From Thermoflexales bacterium (GTDB taxonomy: Bacteria > Chloroflexota > Anaerolineae > B4-G1), in contig SKQX01000218.1 of NCBI GenBank assembly GCA_007118795.1, positions 1 to 33,075 on the forward strand: DNA of 33,075 bases. Direction: 5' to 3'. Both the position numbers and the translations under genes were made by a program. How positions within the stretch are numbered: the stretch's first letter is position 1; every line of letters begins with the position of its first letter. Shown in pieces: positions 7,948-17,763 of the stretch. The notes under the pieces were generated by a model. It did not search any database. It was not told the DNA's origin and was given only the letters and a program-made list of their open reading frames with translations.

Positions 7948-10900
7948 ATGCGCCTTATGTTGTCGAGCAATCACAGCAAATCGGGAATCACGATGGAGTT
8001 TCACATTTCCCGCGAGGCCCGTGAATACTACGATTTCGACCAGTCCCTTTTTTCACTATCCGGGAATGTCATCTTCGCCAACTTCCACGCCGCCCGGGAG
8101 TTCGCCCACAAGATGAACGAGAAACGGGATGTGGTGCGCTATCCGGAACGATCGGTGAAGGCGGGCCAGGTCAACGCCATGGGTTTAGTGGACGAGATTC
8201 TCCATTACGTCATGCAGCGATACCGCGAAGAGAAGAACCCCAATGTGATGAAGCACGCCGTGGAGTTTCTTCGAAAGCGTGTCGGGGATGATGAACTACA
8301 TGAGACCCTGCGGCGATTTGTCGAGCAGTTCCCTCCCCTAACAGTCTACCGGCAGGATGCCGAACCCGACGCATACCTCGATGGTCAGACCGACAGTGTC
8401 CCTCACCGCCAGATCGTCCTTGAGGAGATGTTGCTGCTCTGGTTGGCCAATGAGAATCCGGGCTTCTTTCCTTTTGATGAGCTCTTTGATGACACGGAGT
8501 TGAAGAGAGAGACCCGCTACCGCCAGGTGATGTCGGAACTCCACGACTTCTTCGACACCCAACCCCACTTCGGCCCCGATCGGCAGAACCTTATCGATAT
8601 GCTGCGCAGCCCCGCCAGATCGTCGCCCCATTCCGTGGCGGGCCAGTTGGAGTTTATGCGCCGCCGGTGGGGCGCCCTACTGGGTCGGTATGTTTATCGT
8701 CTCCTCAGCAGCCTCGATCTGATCGCCGAGGAGGAGAAGGCCACATTCCCGGGGCCAGGCCCTAGCCGAGTGTACGAGTTCGAACCGCTGGAGTTCGAGC
8801 GCTTCAGCCCAGATCAGGACTGGATGCCCGAGGTAGTACTGTTGGCCAAGAACACGTACGTCTGGCTCTACCAGCTCTCGGAGCAATACCAGCGACCGAT
8901 CACTCGCCTGGACCAGATCCCTGACGATGAGTTGGACACTGTCGCTGGTCGCGGGTTTACGGGTCTGTGGCTCATCGGCTTATGGAAGCGTAGCTCTGCC
9001 TCACAACAGATTAAGCGCATGATGGGAAACCCGGAGGCCGTCGCATCGGCTTACTCGATAGACGAGTATCGTATCGCCGATGATCTGGGGGGCGAGGAGG
9101 CATATGCAAGCCTTCGAGACCGTGCGTGGCAGAGAGGTATCCGGCTCGCCAGCGATATGGTGCCCAACCATATGGGTATCGACTCCCGCTGGGTGATTGA
9201 GCACCCGGACCGCTTCATCTCCCGCGACACTTCCCCCTTCCCGTCATACTCTTTCAACGGGCCCGACGTGTGCGGAGACGAGCGAGTCGGGATCTACCTG
9301 GAGGACGGCTATTACGATCGAAGTGACGCCGCCGTGGTATTCAAGCGGGTGGATCACTGGACGGGCGAGGAGAGGTATATCTACCACGGCAACGATGGCA
9401 CAGGGATGCCATGGAACGATACGGCGCAACTCGATTTCCTGAAGGAGGAGGTGCGTGAGGCAGCGATCCAGATGATCCTCCGTGTCGCCAGGAAGTTCCC
9501 GATCATCCGGTTCGACGCCGCGATGACCCTGGCTAAGAAGCACTATCAACGGCTCTGGTTCCCGGAACCAGGTACCGGCGGGGCGATCCCGTCGCGGGCC
9601 GAGCACGGTATGACACGCCAGGAGTTCGACGAATTGATGCCAGAGGAGTTTTGGCGTCGAGTAGTCGATCGTGTCGCGCAGGAGGTGCCCGATACCCTAT
9701 TGCTGGCCGAGGCATTCTGGCTCATGGAGGGATACTTTGTGCGCACCTTGGGTATGCACCGCGTCTATAACAGCGCCTTCATGAATATGCTTCGGGACGA
9801 GGACAACGCCAAGTACCGCACCGTCATGAAGAACACCCTGGAGTTTGACCCCCGTATTATGAAGCGGTACGTTAACTTTATGAACAACCCCGACGAGCAG
9901 CCCGCCGTTGACCAGTTCGGGAAGGGGGACAAGTACTTCGGCATATGCATCCTGCTGGCCACGATGCCTGGCCTTCCTATGTTCGGGCACGGCCAGATTG
10001 AGGGCTACACCGAGAAGTACGGAATGGAGTATCGGCGCGCCTATTGGGATGAGTCGCCTGACCGTCATCTTGTGGAACGCCATGAGCATGAGATCTTCCC
10101 GCTCCTCCACCAGCGGTACCTCTTCTCCGGAGTCGAGGGTTTCCTACTCTACGACTTCTTCACTCCCGGGGGCCGCGTTAACGAAGACGTGTTCGCCTAC
10201 TCGAATCGCGTCTCGGACCAGCGTGCCCTGGTTCTCTACCACAACAGATACGCCGAGACCCGCGGCTGGGTGCGCAGTTCCGTCGCCTTCGCTGTGCAGA
10301 CCGACGACGGGGAGAAGCGATTGGTGCAGCGCTCCCTCGGCGAGGGTCTGGCTCTGCGCGACGAGGACGAGACGTTCACCATCTTCCGCGATCATGTCAA
10401 CGGTCTCGAGTACATCCGCAGCAACCGAGAGATACACGCGAAAGGACTCTACGCCGAGCTAAGCGCTTACCAATGCCAGGTGTTCCTCGGCTTCCGCCAG
10501 GTTCGAGACACCGAGTGGCACCAATACGCTCAGCTCACCTCTTACCTGGACGGACGGGGGGTTCCCAGCATCGATGAAGCCCTCAGGGAAGTTCTTCTTC
10601 AACCCATCCACCAGCCGTTCCGCGAGCTGATCAACTCGACCACCATCAGACGCCTGATGGAAGCCCAACGAGCGGGAATCCAGGTGCAGCAAGCGCTGGC
10701 CGATGACGTGCAGCAGATGATGGTCAACCTCCTCCGCCAGATCAGAGCCTGGATTGAGGGGCTTTCCGACTACCAGCCGCTCGGCGTGGGCCCGGAGGGG
10801 AGAGAGCTCAAGATCGCCCGGAGGGTCCGGCGCGAGCTGGAAGCGGCGCTCGAGCTACGAATTCCCGGCCGCCATCTGGGGCTGCCCGAAGCGGTCACCT

Positions 10901-11490
10901 CTTACCTCCGTGATGGTCCTCCAGAACAGGCCACACTGGGCCTCGACGACCATGTGGGATCCTGGTCGACCCTCCTCGGGTGGCTGTCGACCCACGCCCT
11001 GGGTAGGATGGCCGACGGATCCGCTTATGCCCAGATTAGCCGCAGTTGGCAGGATGAATGGCTCCTGGGGAGGGTCATAAGCGGGGCGCTGCAGGACATC
11101 GGGCTCGATGAGGCGGCGGCCGCGTGGGCTGTGACGAACATCAAGGTCTTGACCACACACCAGCGGTGGTTCGAGATCGACCCGGGTGCCGATAATCGGG
11201 CCTACGGTATCCTCCGCTCTTGGCTCCGGGACGACGAGGTTCACCGCTTGCTGCAGATCAACCGATACCGGGACGTGTTGTGGTTCAACGCCCAGGCATT
11301 CGAGCAGCTCGTGTGGTGGATGGAGATCGTAGCAGCCGTGGCCATCATCGCCGACACCGAAAAGCCGCGCGATCACGCCCTCCGGGAGGTCCTCGCCTGC
11401 CACGAACTGCTATCAACCCTGCGGCGCGCCAAGGAACAGTCCGGCTACCGGGTGGAGCAACTGCTCGAGGCCGTTCGCTGCGACCGCTAG
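7948..11490 (+). CDS. Large GH13 alpha-amylase-family protein
   Basis: DMVPNH (region I), RFDAAM (nucleophile D), LAEAFW (acid/base E), FMNNPDE (region IV), long helical N- and C-terminal extensions. ATG 7948 follows AAGGAG; 7993 is an alternative start. Confidence 0.9.
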   Translation: MRLMLSSNHSKSGITMEFHISREAREYYDFDQSLFSLSGNVIFANFHAAREFAHKMNEKRDVVRYPERSVKAGQVNAMGLVDEILHYVMQRYREEKNPNVMKHAVEFLRKRVGDDELHETLRRFVEQFPPLTVYRQDAEPDAYLDGQTDSVPHRQIVLEEMLLLWLANENPGFFPFDELFDDTELKRETRYRQVMSELHDFFDTQPHFGPDRQNLIDMLRSPARSSPHSVAGQLEFMRRRWGALLGRYVYRLLSSLDLIAEEEKATFPGPGPSRVYEFEPLEFERFSPDQDWMPEVVLLAKNTYVWLYQLSEQYQRPITRLDQIPDDELDTVAGRGFTGLWLIGLWKRSSASQQIKRMMGNPEAVASAYSIDEYRIADDLGGEEAYASLRDRAWQRGIRLASDMVPNHMGIDSRWVIEHPDRFISRDTSPFPSYSFNGPDVCGDERVGIYLEDGYYDRSDAAVVFKRVDHWTGEERYIYHGNDGTGMPWNDTAQLDFLKEEVREAAIQMILRVARKFPIIRFDAAMTLAKKHYQRLWFPEPGTGGAIPSRAEHGMTRQEFDELMPEEFWRRVVDRVAQEVPDTLLLAEAFWLMEGYFVRTLGMHRVYNSAFMNMLRDEDNAKYRTVMKNTLEFDPRIMKRYVNFMNNPDEQPAVDQFGKGDKYFGICILLATMPGLPMFGHGQIEGYTEKYGMEYRRAYWDESPDRHLVERHEHEIFPLLHQRYLFSGVEGFLLYDFFTPGGRVNEDVFAYSNRVSDQRALVLYHNRYAETRGWVRSSVAFAVQTDDGEKRLVQRSLGEGLALRDEDETFTIFRDHVNGLEYIRSNREIHAKGLYAELSAYQCQVFLGFRQVRDTEWHQYAQLTSYLDGRGVPSIDEALREVLLQPIHQPFRELINSTTIRRLMEAQRAGIQVQQALADDVQQMMVNLLRQIRAWIEGLSDYQPLGVGPEGRELKIARRVRRELEAALELRIPGRHLGLPEAVTSYLRDGPPEQATLGLDDHVGSWSTLLGWLSTHALGRMADGSAYAQISRSWQDEWLLGRVISGALQDIGLDEAAAAWAVTNIKVLTTHQRWFEIDPGADNRAYGILRSWLRDDEVHRLLQINRYRDVLWFNAQAFEQLVWWMEIVAAVAIIADTEKPRDHALREVLACHELLSTLRRAKEQSGYRVEQLLEAVRCDR

Positions 11491-11603
11491 GTTGCTGGGA
11501 TACGCAACCGACAACCTGGGCGATCCGACCCAGAGACAGGGTGGGCTTCGGAATCGAACGCCGTAGGGACCGACAGCTCCAGTCCCTGCCCGACGAAGTG
11601 GCG

Positions 11604-11632
11604 TTGCCTCCTGCTGACTCCGATGTTAGAAT
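11604..11632 (+). promoter_or_regulatory. Putative sigma70-type promoter of the GH57 gene
   Basis: TTGCCT (11604-11609), 17-nt spacer, TAGAAT (11627-11632) with an extended TGn. Confidence 0.5.
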
Positions 11633-11684
11633 ATCGAATACACTGCATTATGCTGTGTCCACGAGAGATAGAAACGAGACGTCG

Positions 11685-13139
11685 ATGGAGAAAAAGACCG
11701 ACACTGGCTGCCACCTGTCCGTACACGGGCACTTCTACCAGCCTCCCCGGGAGGACCCATTTACGGGTCATATCCCGCGAGAACCGAGTGCAGCCCCGTA
11801 TGCCAATTGGAACGAACGCATCACGGCGGAATGCTATGCGCCAAATGCCAGAGTTGGCAACTTCGAGCGCATCAGCTTCAACGTGGGTGGGACCCTGGCT
11901 CGATGGCTCGACCAACACGATCCTGGTACTTATCAGGAGATCATCGGTGCGGATCGGGTGCATCGGGACGCCTATGGCACCGGTAACGGTATCGCGCAAT
12001 CGGTTCATCACACCATCCTTCCCCTAGCTCGTCGCCGGGATAAGATCTGCCAGGTACATTGGGGCATCGCGAGCTTCGAACACCGCTTCGGTCGTCGACC
12101 GGAGGGAATGTGGCTCCCAGAGATGGGCGTCGACTATGAGACACTTGAGATCCTGGCAGCGGCTGGCCTCCGCTTCACGATCGTCTCCGACGAGCAGGTA
12201 TACCCCCGGTCATCCGCGGGCAATTGGGAAGCGGCGGGAGGCCCCTACCGGGTGTCTTTGCCGAACGGGGACAGCATCGCCGTCTTCGTTCGGGATCGAG
12301 TTCTGTCTAATAGCCTATCGTTCGGGATGCCAGCTTTGGCACAGGTCGACCAGTGGTTGGGCGATCAGCTAACCGGGCAACGCCACCAGAATGGGCTACG
12401 CATCGTCGCAACCGACGGGGAGACCTTCGGTCACCACCACCGTCACGGTGTGGAGGTACTGAGGCGGATTCTCTCCGGCTGCGAAAGTCACGGATGCGCA
12501 CTCACTACGCTACCCGTCTATCTTGACCAGCACCCTCCTCAGTCCGAGATCAAGGTGGTGGAGAACACCACCTGGAGCTGCTCGCACGGGCTGGATCGCT
12601 GGCTCGTTGGCTGCCCATGTACGTCGGGCGACAGCCGCTGGAAAGGAGCACTGCGCCGCGCCCTCGATAACTTAGCCGGGGATCTGGACCGAGTTTACAG
12701 CTGCGAGGCGCAACAGCTAGGGTTCAAGCCCTGGCCCCTGCGAGATCGCTACATCGACGTCGTCCTGGGCAAGGTGTCAGGGGAGAAATTCCTAAACGGG
12801 AACGGTCTCGGACACCTGATGAGCGCCGAGACACAGCGCCTACTGGGGCTCCTTGAGGCTCAGCTCTATCGTCAACGCATGTACACCAGTTGTACCTTTT
12901 TCTTCGATGACCTGGATCGATACGAACCTCGCTACGCCATAGGCAACGCCATCCACGCTGTCGCCCTGACCCGCGACGCGACCGGCGAAGAGCTTTCCCA
13001 CGGCTTCCGCCGCGATCTGAGTGTGGCTCGCAGCGTGAAGAGCGGCCTAACGGGAGCTGATATCCTCGACGAGATCGTATCCCGAGCAAGGATAGCGGCT
13101 AGGCCAGGTCCCCCTCGGCGTACGGACCAGGGACCTTGA
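11685..13139 (+). CDS. GH57 glycoside hydrolase, DUF3536-type
   Basis: HGHFYQPPRE, NWNERITAECY, GMWLPE (nucleophile), ATDGETFGHH (acid/base), WSCSHG, MYTSC. Start moved to ATG 11685 because the longer ORF overlaps the GH13 gene. Confidence 0.9.
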   Translation: MEKKTDTGCHLSVHGHFYQPPREDPFTGHIPREPSAAPYANWNERITAECYAPNARVGNFERISFNVGGTLARWLDQHDPGTYQEIIGADRVHRDAYGTGNGIAQSVHHTILPLARRRDKICQVHWGIASFEHRFGRRPEGMWLPEMGVDYETLEILAAAGLRFTIVSDEQVYPRSSAGNWEAAGGPYRVSLPNGDSIAVFVRDRVLSNSLSFGMPALAQVDQWLGDQLTGQRHQNGLRIVATDGETFGHHHRHGVEVLRRILSGCESHGCALTTLPVYLDQHPPQSEIKVVENTTWSCSHGLDRWLVGCPCTSGDSRWKGALRRALDNLAGDLDRVYSCEAQQLGFKPWPLRDRYIDVVLGKVSGEKFLNGNGLGHLMSAETQRLLGLLEAQLYRQRMYTSCTFFFDDLDRYEPRYAIGNAIHAVALTRDATGEELSHGFRRDLSVARSVKSGLTGADILDEIVSRARIAARPGPPRRTDQGP

Positions 13140-13247
13140 GGACAGAACGATATCGCAGCTCTCATGCCCTGGGAACCGGCCTTCTCCTGACGCTCGATGG
13201 CCCCAGGGCGCGAGCAGCGCGACAAATCGAAAGAAAAGAGGGCAGCG

Positions 13248-14141
13248 ATGAGCGATCCTGAGAAGCGAGCGCAGGAAGACGGACCGGCGCCGAGGCCAGA
13301 TGCTGAGCCAAGTCGGTGTGAACCGGACGGACCGTCCAACACCCCCGCCTACTCCGATATCGACCTCGACCGCTGGCGCGACTATGACCACGTGTGGACC
13401 GACAGTCTGTGGGTTATTGAGTCCCGCGACACCACCGGCGGCCACGGACTGGATTACCACGGCAACTTCGTCCCTCAGATAGCGACCCAGAGCTTCCTCC
13501 GCTACACGAAGGCAGACGACATCGTCCTCGATCTGTTCCTCGGCTCTGGGACCAGCGCTATCGAGGCCCAGCGGCAGAAGCGCCGCCTCATCGGCGTTGA
13601 GCTAAAGGCGGACCTGGTTGAGTACGTGGGCACCAAGATTGAGCCACAGCTGCTGGGGGACCGCATCCGCCTGCTCCAGGGAGATGCCACGGATGATGCG
13701 ATCGTTGGGCAGATCAGGCGCTGCCTGTCGGAGATGGGCGCGGAGCACGTGCAACTCATCATGCTTCACCCACCGTATCACGACATCATCACCTTCTCTG
13801 ACCACCCGGCCGACCTCTCCCGCACCCGTGGCCTGCCGCACTTCCTGGAAGGGTTCGAGAGCGCTGCTCGTCACGCCTTTCAAGTGCTGGAGCCACACCG
13901 TTTCGCCATCCTCGTCATCGGCGACAAGTACGCCCAAGGTGAGCTGATCCCCCTAAGCTTCTACTGCCTGGATCGCATGCAGCAGGTGGGATTCCGCACC
14001 AAGGCGATCGTGGTGAAGAATATCGAAGGAAACGAGCGGGGCAAGGGACGGGACAGCAACCTGTGGCGGTACCGCGCTCTACGCGGCGGTTTCTACATCT
14101 TCAAGCACGAGTACGTGATGGTGTTCCGAAAGCCCAGCTGA
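13248..14141 (+). CDS. SAM-dependent amino-methyltransferase (N4/N6 DNA methylase or TRM11-like), orphan
   Basis: YHGNFVPQI, VLDLFLGSGTS (motif I), IGVEL, HPPY (motif IV position), HEYVMVFRK. ATG 13248 follows AAGAGGG; 13197 is an alternative start. Confidence 0.85.
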   Translation: MSDPEKRAQEDGPAPRPDAEPSRCEPDGPSNTPAYSDIDLDRWRDYDHVWTDSLWVIESRDTTGGHGLDYHGNFVPQIATQSFLRYTKADDIVLDLFLGSGTSAIEAQRQKRRLIGVELKADLVEYVGTKIEPQLLGDRIRLLQGDATDDAIVGQIRRCLSEMGAEHVQLIMLHPPYHDIITFSDHPADLSRTRGLPHFLEGFESAARHAFQVLEPHRFAILVIGDKYAQGELIPLSFYCLDRMQQVGFRTKAIVVKNIEGNERGKGRDSNLWRYRALRGGFYIFKHEYVMVFRKPS

Positions 14142-14202
14142 ACGGCGCTATCTACAGGCCAAGACCGCGGACTAGTGGAGGTCTCGACCCGAAGGCGACC
14201 CA

Positions 14203-14697
14203 TCATCGACGACCTGTTCGCCCACCCTTTCCCGCCCGGCGACCACGTCTTCTGCACTGCCGCGCCGTGCGAGCCAGATCCTCCAGCGCGTCCACGTAGC
14301 CGTCCCGGTCGAATACCCGCTCTACTCTCACCATGTCGTTCAATTCCTCCGCCACAACCGCGGCGATGGCGTGAACCGCATCATGCCGGTCGGTGCCCAC
14401 CTTCAGGAGAGCCTCTAGCGCGCGCGTTGTCTGGGGTGGGTCGTCATCCGCCAGTTGATTCTCGACTACGTGATGCATCAGGACATGGGCGAATGGATTG
14501 ACACCATCCAACGTCGAGATCTCGCCAGCCAGGCTCTCGACATCTTCCCACACGTGATGGTACTCGGGGTGCTGCCTGAGCACCTCGGCAAGCCGTCGGT
14601 CCCCATCTTCCAGGTCGACACCTGCTTGTGCTAGCTGCCAGATCAAACCGATCCGAGTTCGCCCAAGTTGGCGCAGATCGCCGTAATCATCTGGCAT
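14203..14697 (-). CDS. DUF1841-family protein
   Basis: HPEYH, NPFAHVLMH, VENQL..DDPP, DRHDAVH motifs. GGAG RBS before ATG 14697. Arg-rich tail. Confidence 0.8.
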   Translation of the reverse strand: MPDDYGDLRQLGRTRIGLIWQLAQAGVDLEDGDRRLAEVLRQHPEYHHVWEDVESLAGEISTLDGVNPFAHVLMHHVVENQLADDDPPQTTRALEALLKVGTDRHDAVHAIAAVVAEELNDMVRVERVFDRDGYVDALEDLARTARQCRRRGRRAGKGGRTGRR

Positions 14698-14845
14698 CGG
14701 TGCACTCCATCCACTAAGCCCCGGGGCTGCGCATACCTGTCGAACCCTCGGCGACGCTCCCCAGGGCGGTTCGCCCACCTACCCAGCCGGTCCCTATAGT
14801 CGGGGCTGTCCTCCATCACGCGCTGGAAGCCCGCAACGCATTACA

Positions 14846-14876
14846 GCGAAGCCGAACCACTCCATTTCGGCTCCGC
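14846..14876 (-). terminator. Hairpin downstream of the CoA-transferase gene
   Basis: Minus strand GCGGAGCCGAA-N9-TTCGGCTTCGC, an 11-bp stem with one G-U pair, but no good U-tract. Confidence 0.35.
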
Positions 14877-14928
14877 CCCCAACGTACCGACGTCCACCTC
14901 ATCACCCATCCGAGAAACGCGTCACAGA

Positions 14929-16146
14929 CTAGATCACCTGCTCAGCCCTCAACCGGACCACGTCCTCACGCCCGTATCCCAAGTACTCAGCCAGTATCTC
15001 CTCCGTATGTTGGCCCAGCAGTGGTGGGGCTGCTTCCATCCGCACCGGCGTGCGAGAGAGATTGAGGGGCGACCCAGTCACGTTCAGCGTTCCTACCGTC
15101 GGGTGCTCCAGTTCGACCAACAACTCGCGCGCCAACACTTGAGGATCTGCAAAAACCTCGTCCACACTCTGAACGGGCGCGCAGGGAATCCCGGCCCGTA
15201 CCAATGTCCTGTACCACTGGGCTGCGGACTGAGACCGGAACCGATCCTGGAGGATGGGCACAAGCAGATCACGATGCTCGACCCTTTTGGGGTTAGTCTT
15301 GAACCGGTCATCCGACCCCAGATCCTCCCAGCCGGTTGTCTCGCAGAGCTTCCGCCACTGTCGGTCGTTGCCCACCGCGAGAGCGATCCACCCATCATCG
15401 GTGGGGAACAACTCGTAGGGTACGATGTTTGGGTGGGCATTGCCATAGCGGGCCGGCGGTCGCCCCGTAACCAGGTAGTTACTCGCGACGTTCGCTAGCC
15501 AGGCGACTTGGGAATCCAGCAGCGCCACGTCGACGTACTGGCCCTGCCCGCTCTGTCTACGCTCGTAAAGGGCAGCCAGAATGGAGACCGCCGCGAATAG
15601 GGCCGCGGTGATGTCCACAATGGCAACGCCCACTTTGGTAGGCGGTCCCTCAACCGGACCCGTCACGCTCATGATCCCGCCCAGCGCCTGAATGGCAAAA
15701 TCGTAACCTGGCCGATCACGATAAGGCCCATCCTGTCCATACCCGGTAATCGCACAGTAGATCAGCCCCGGATTGCGGTCCTTCAACCTATCGTAGCCCA
15801 ACCCCCACTGCCCCATCGTGCCGACCCGGAAGTTCTCGACGAGCACATCCGCCTGACACGCCAGGTCCCGAACGATCTCGCGGCCGCGCTCGGTCTTCAG
15901 GTTCACGGTGATACTCTTCTTATTCCGGTTCACCGCAAGGTAGTAGGCGGACTCGCCTCCGGCCCAGGGGGGACCCCATTGACGGGTGCCATCTCCAGTA
16001 CCCGGTCGCTCCACTTTGATCACTTCAGCGCCCAGGTCTGCCAGAGCCATCGTGCAATACGGACCAGCCAGAACTCGCGACAGGTCGACGACCAATACGT
16101 CAGACAGCGGCGGACCATCTTGTCTCTCAGCAGCTCCTCGGTTCAT
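14929..16146 (-). CDS. CoA-transferase family III (CaiB/BaiF)
   Basis: DLSRVLAGP, LADLGAEVIKVERP, NRNKKS, DVLVENFR, ITGYGQDGPY, GYD, catalytic-position D in AIVDI, PPLLGQHT. Start at ATG 16146 (GGAGA RBS) or GTG 16161. Confidence 0.95.
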   Translation of the reverse strand: MNRGAAERQDGPPLSDVLVVDLSRVLAGPYCTMALADLGAEVIKVERPGTGDGTRQWGPPWAGGESAYYLAVNRNKKSITVNLKTERGREIVRDLACQADVLVENFRVGTMGQWGLGYDRLKDRNPGLIYCAITGYGQDGPYRDRPGYDFAIQALGGIMSVTGPVEGPPTKVGVAIVDITAALFAAVSILAALYERRQSGQGQYVDVALLDSQVAWLANVASNYLVTGRPPARYGNAHPNIVPYELFPTDDGWIALAVGNDRQWRKLCETTGWEDLGSDDRFKTNPKRVEHRDLLVPILQDRFRSQSAAQWYRTLVRAGIPCAPVQSVDEVFADPQVLARELLVELEHPTVGTLNVTGSPLNLSRTPVRMEAAPPLLGQHTEEILAEYLGYGREDVVRLRAEQVI

Positions 16147-16411
16147 ACCATCTCCATCCACGTCCTACTGAACACGCCCTGCAGATCCAGAAGCGCACCT
16201 GCAGGATCACACCGGTCTAGCCCGTTCAGCTCCGCAACAACAGGCGCTCCCTATCACAGGAACCTGTCGCGAGCAAGGGCACTGAGCGCCGGTGACCGGC
16301 ACACAACCCGCAGCCAAGAGGGGCATTCACAACCTTAGGGTACGACAAGGTACGTCGACTCCGCGCAACGCGGACAGTATCACTTGATCCGACCGGGGAG
16401 TCTCAGCGGAG

Positions 16412-16699
16412 CTAGAACGTCTCAATGTGCCAGTCAACGACCTGGACCTCAGGCCTAAAGGTCTCGACCCACGCCACGACCTTCTCCAAGGAGGCCTGAA
16501 CGTATCCGGGGTCGTTGTTGGCTACCGTGACAAGCGCCACCTCAGCCGTCTGCCACGCGTCGTTGAAGCCCACCTCAGCCGCCGAGACGTTAAACTCCCT
16601 CCGCAACCGAGTCAGCAGCGGTTTGAGGACACGCCGCTTACCTTTTAGAGAACGGCTCCCGGGGATGCGCAGTTCGATGCTGCAGGCACCAATGACCAT
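16412..16699 (-). CDS. DUF503 (YlxP-like) protein
   Basis: MVIG...SRSLKGKRRVLKPL...FNVSAAEV...D.WQ.A family signature, 95 aa. Confidence 0.9.
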   Translation of the reverse strand: MVIGACSIELRIPGSRSLKGKRRVLKPLLTRLRREFNVSAAEVGFNDAWQTAEVALVTVANNDPGYVQASLEKVVAWVETFRPEVQVVDWHIETF

Positions 16700-16757
16700 A
16701 TGGGTTCCATCTGCTACGCTACGCCGGGATACACGACCTGCTCCCGGCCACACAGGG

Positions 16758-16785
16758 AGTATACCGCATCGGCCACGTGCGTCAA
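16758..16785 (-). promoter_or_regulatory. Sigma70-type promoter overlapping the stop codon of the lipoate-ligase-family gene
   Basis: TTGACG (16785-16780), 16-nt spacer, TATACT (16763-16758). Confidence 0.6.
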
Positions 16786-17621
16786 GCGATGGTCGTCCAC
16801 GCTTCACCAGTGTATTTGCCCGCCCTCAACTCCCGGGCAGCTGCAGACTCCTCCGCGGTCAGGTGGCCCAAGTCGAGCGTGAGATCTAGGGCCTCGGCCA
16901 GACCCGCTACCAGCGCGTCCGCGGCCGCATCCCAGCTCACCCGATGACTGAGGACCCTCTCCACCGTCGTAGCTCGCGTCCGCACCCGCGTGGCGTCCGG
17001 TAGGTCAGTGAGGAACGGGCAAATGCGCGCGATATCGCCATGGAGCGGAATCGCCCCGTGCTGCAGGACCACGCCCTGAGCCCGCATCTGAGCGCTCCCC
17101 ACCAGCTTCTTCCCCCCGACCGTAATCTCGTAGTGCGAGGGCACCTCGAAGCAGACAGCCCCCTCCACCTCCCGGTTTGCCGCTCGCTCGTCAGCGACGA
17201 TTTCGGCCACACCTAGCCGCTCAAGCCCGCGCACTAGCCCAGCACTCAACCGCCTGTAGCTCTCTACCACGCCTCCACCGACCCGTGGGTCATCCTCCGG
17301 GACGACGATGCTGTACGTCAGTTCATCGATGTGGAGCAGGCTTCGACCCCCCGTGGGCCGGCGCACCAGATCGTATCCGGCAGCCTCTAGAGCACGGCGG
17401 TCCACATCCTGCACCGACTGACCTCGGCCAATCGACAGACACGGAGGCTCCCACCGGTACACTCGGAGCGTCGGGAGACTCTCCTGCGATCCCACAGTGT
17501 GTAGAACAGCCTCATCCACTGCCATGTTGGTGGGCCCATCGGCAGCTGGTGAGTAGATCAAGCGCCACTTCGCCACCGGATAGGGCCTGGCCTCAGAACA
17601 AGAGTGCTGGGAGCCGGTCAT
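16782..17621 (-). CDS. Lipoate-protein ligase family protein, LipM octanoyltransferase-like
   Basis: NMAVDEA, RVYRW..PCLSIG, VRRPTGG, CFE (LipM-type Cys), KKLVGSAQ, LQHG. Single catalytic domain of about 279 aa. Confidence 0.9.
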   Translation of the reverse strand: MTGSQHSCSEARPYPVAKWRLIYSPAADGPTNMAVDEAVLHTVGSQESLPTLRVYRWEPPCLSIGRGQSVQDVDRRALEAAGYDLVRRPTGGRSLLHIDELTYSIVVPEDDPRVGGGVVESYRRLSAGLVRGLERLGVAEIVADERAANREVEGAVCFEVPSHYEITVGGKKLVGSAQMRAQGVVLQHGAIPLHGDIARICPFLTDLPDATRVRTRATTVERVLSHRVSWDAAADALVAGLAEALDLTLDLGHLTAEESAAARELRAGKYTGEAWTTIA

Positions 17622-17763
17622 CTCCACCCCTTTCAGCCCGCCCCTCAGTCCCTGGCAACATCTGACCCGTCCCGGGCACAGACACGGGTGACGAACGGGG
17701 CTGACGGGAGCACATATGCCCGACGTGAAGTCACCCAACGACGGAGAACGCCAATCGGAACCA

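Noticed and set aside
11220-11684. N-terminal extension of the GH57 ORF to 639 aa
   Set aside because: Overlaps the GH13 gene and is low-complexity. Family similarity starts at HGHFYQPP and a promoter lies inside the extension.
13248-14697. Methyltransferase plus DUF1841 as a restriction-modification or defence pair
   Set aside because: The genes are convergent, DUF1841 shows no nuclease motif, and there are no island features such as an integrase.
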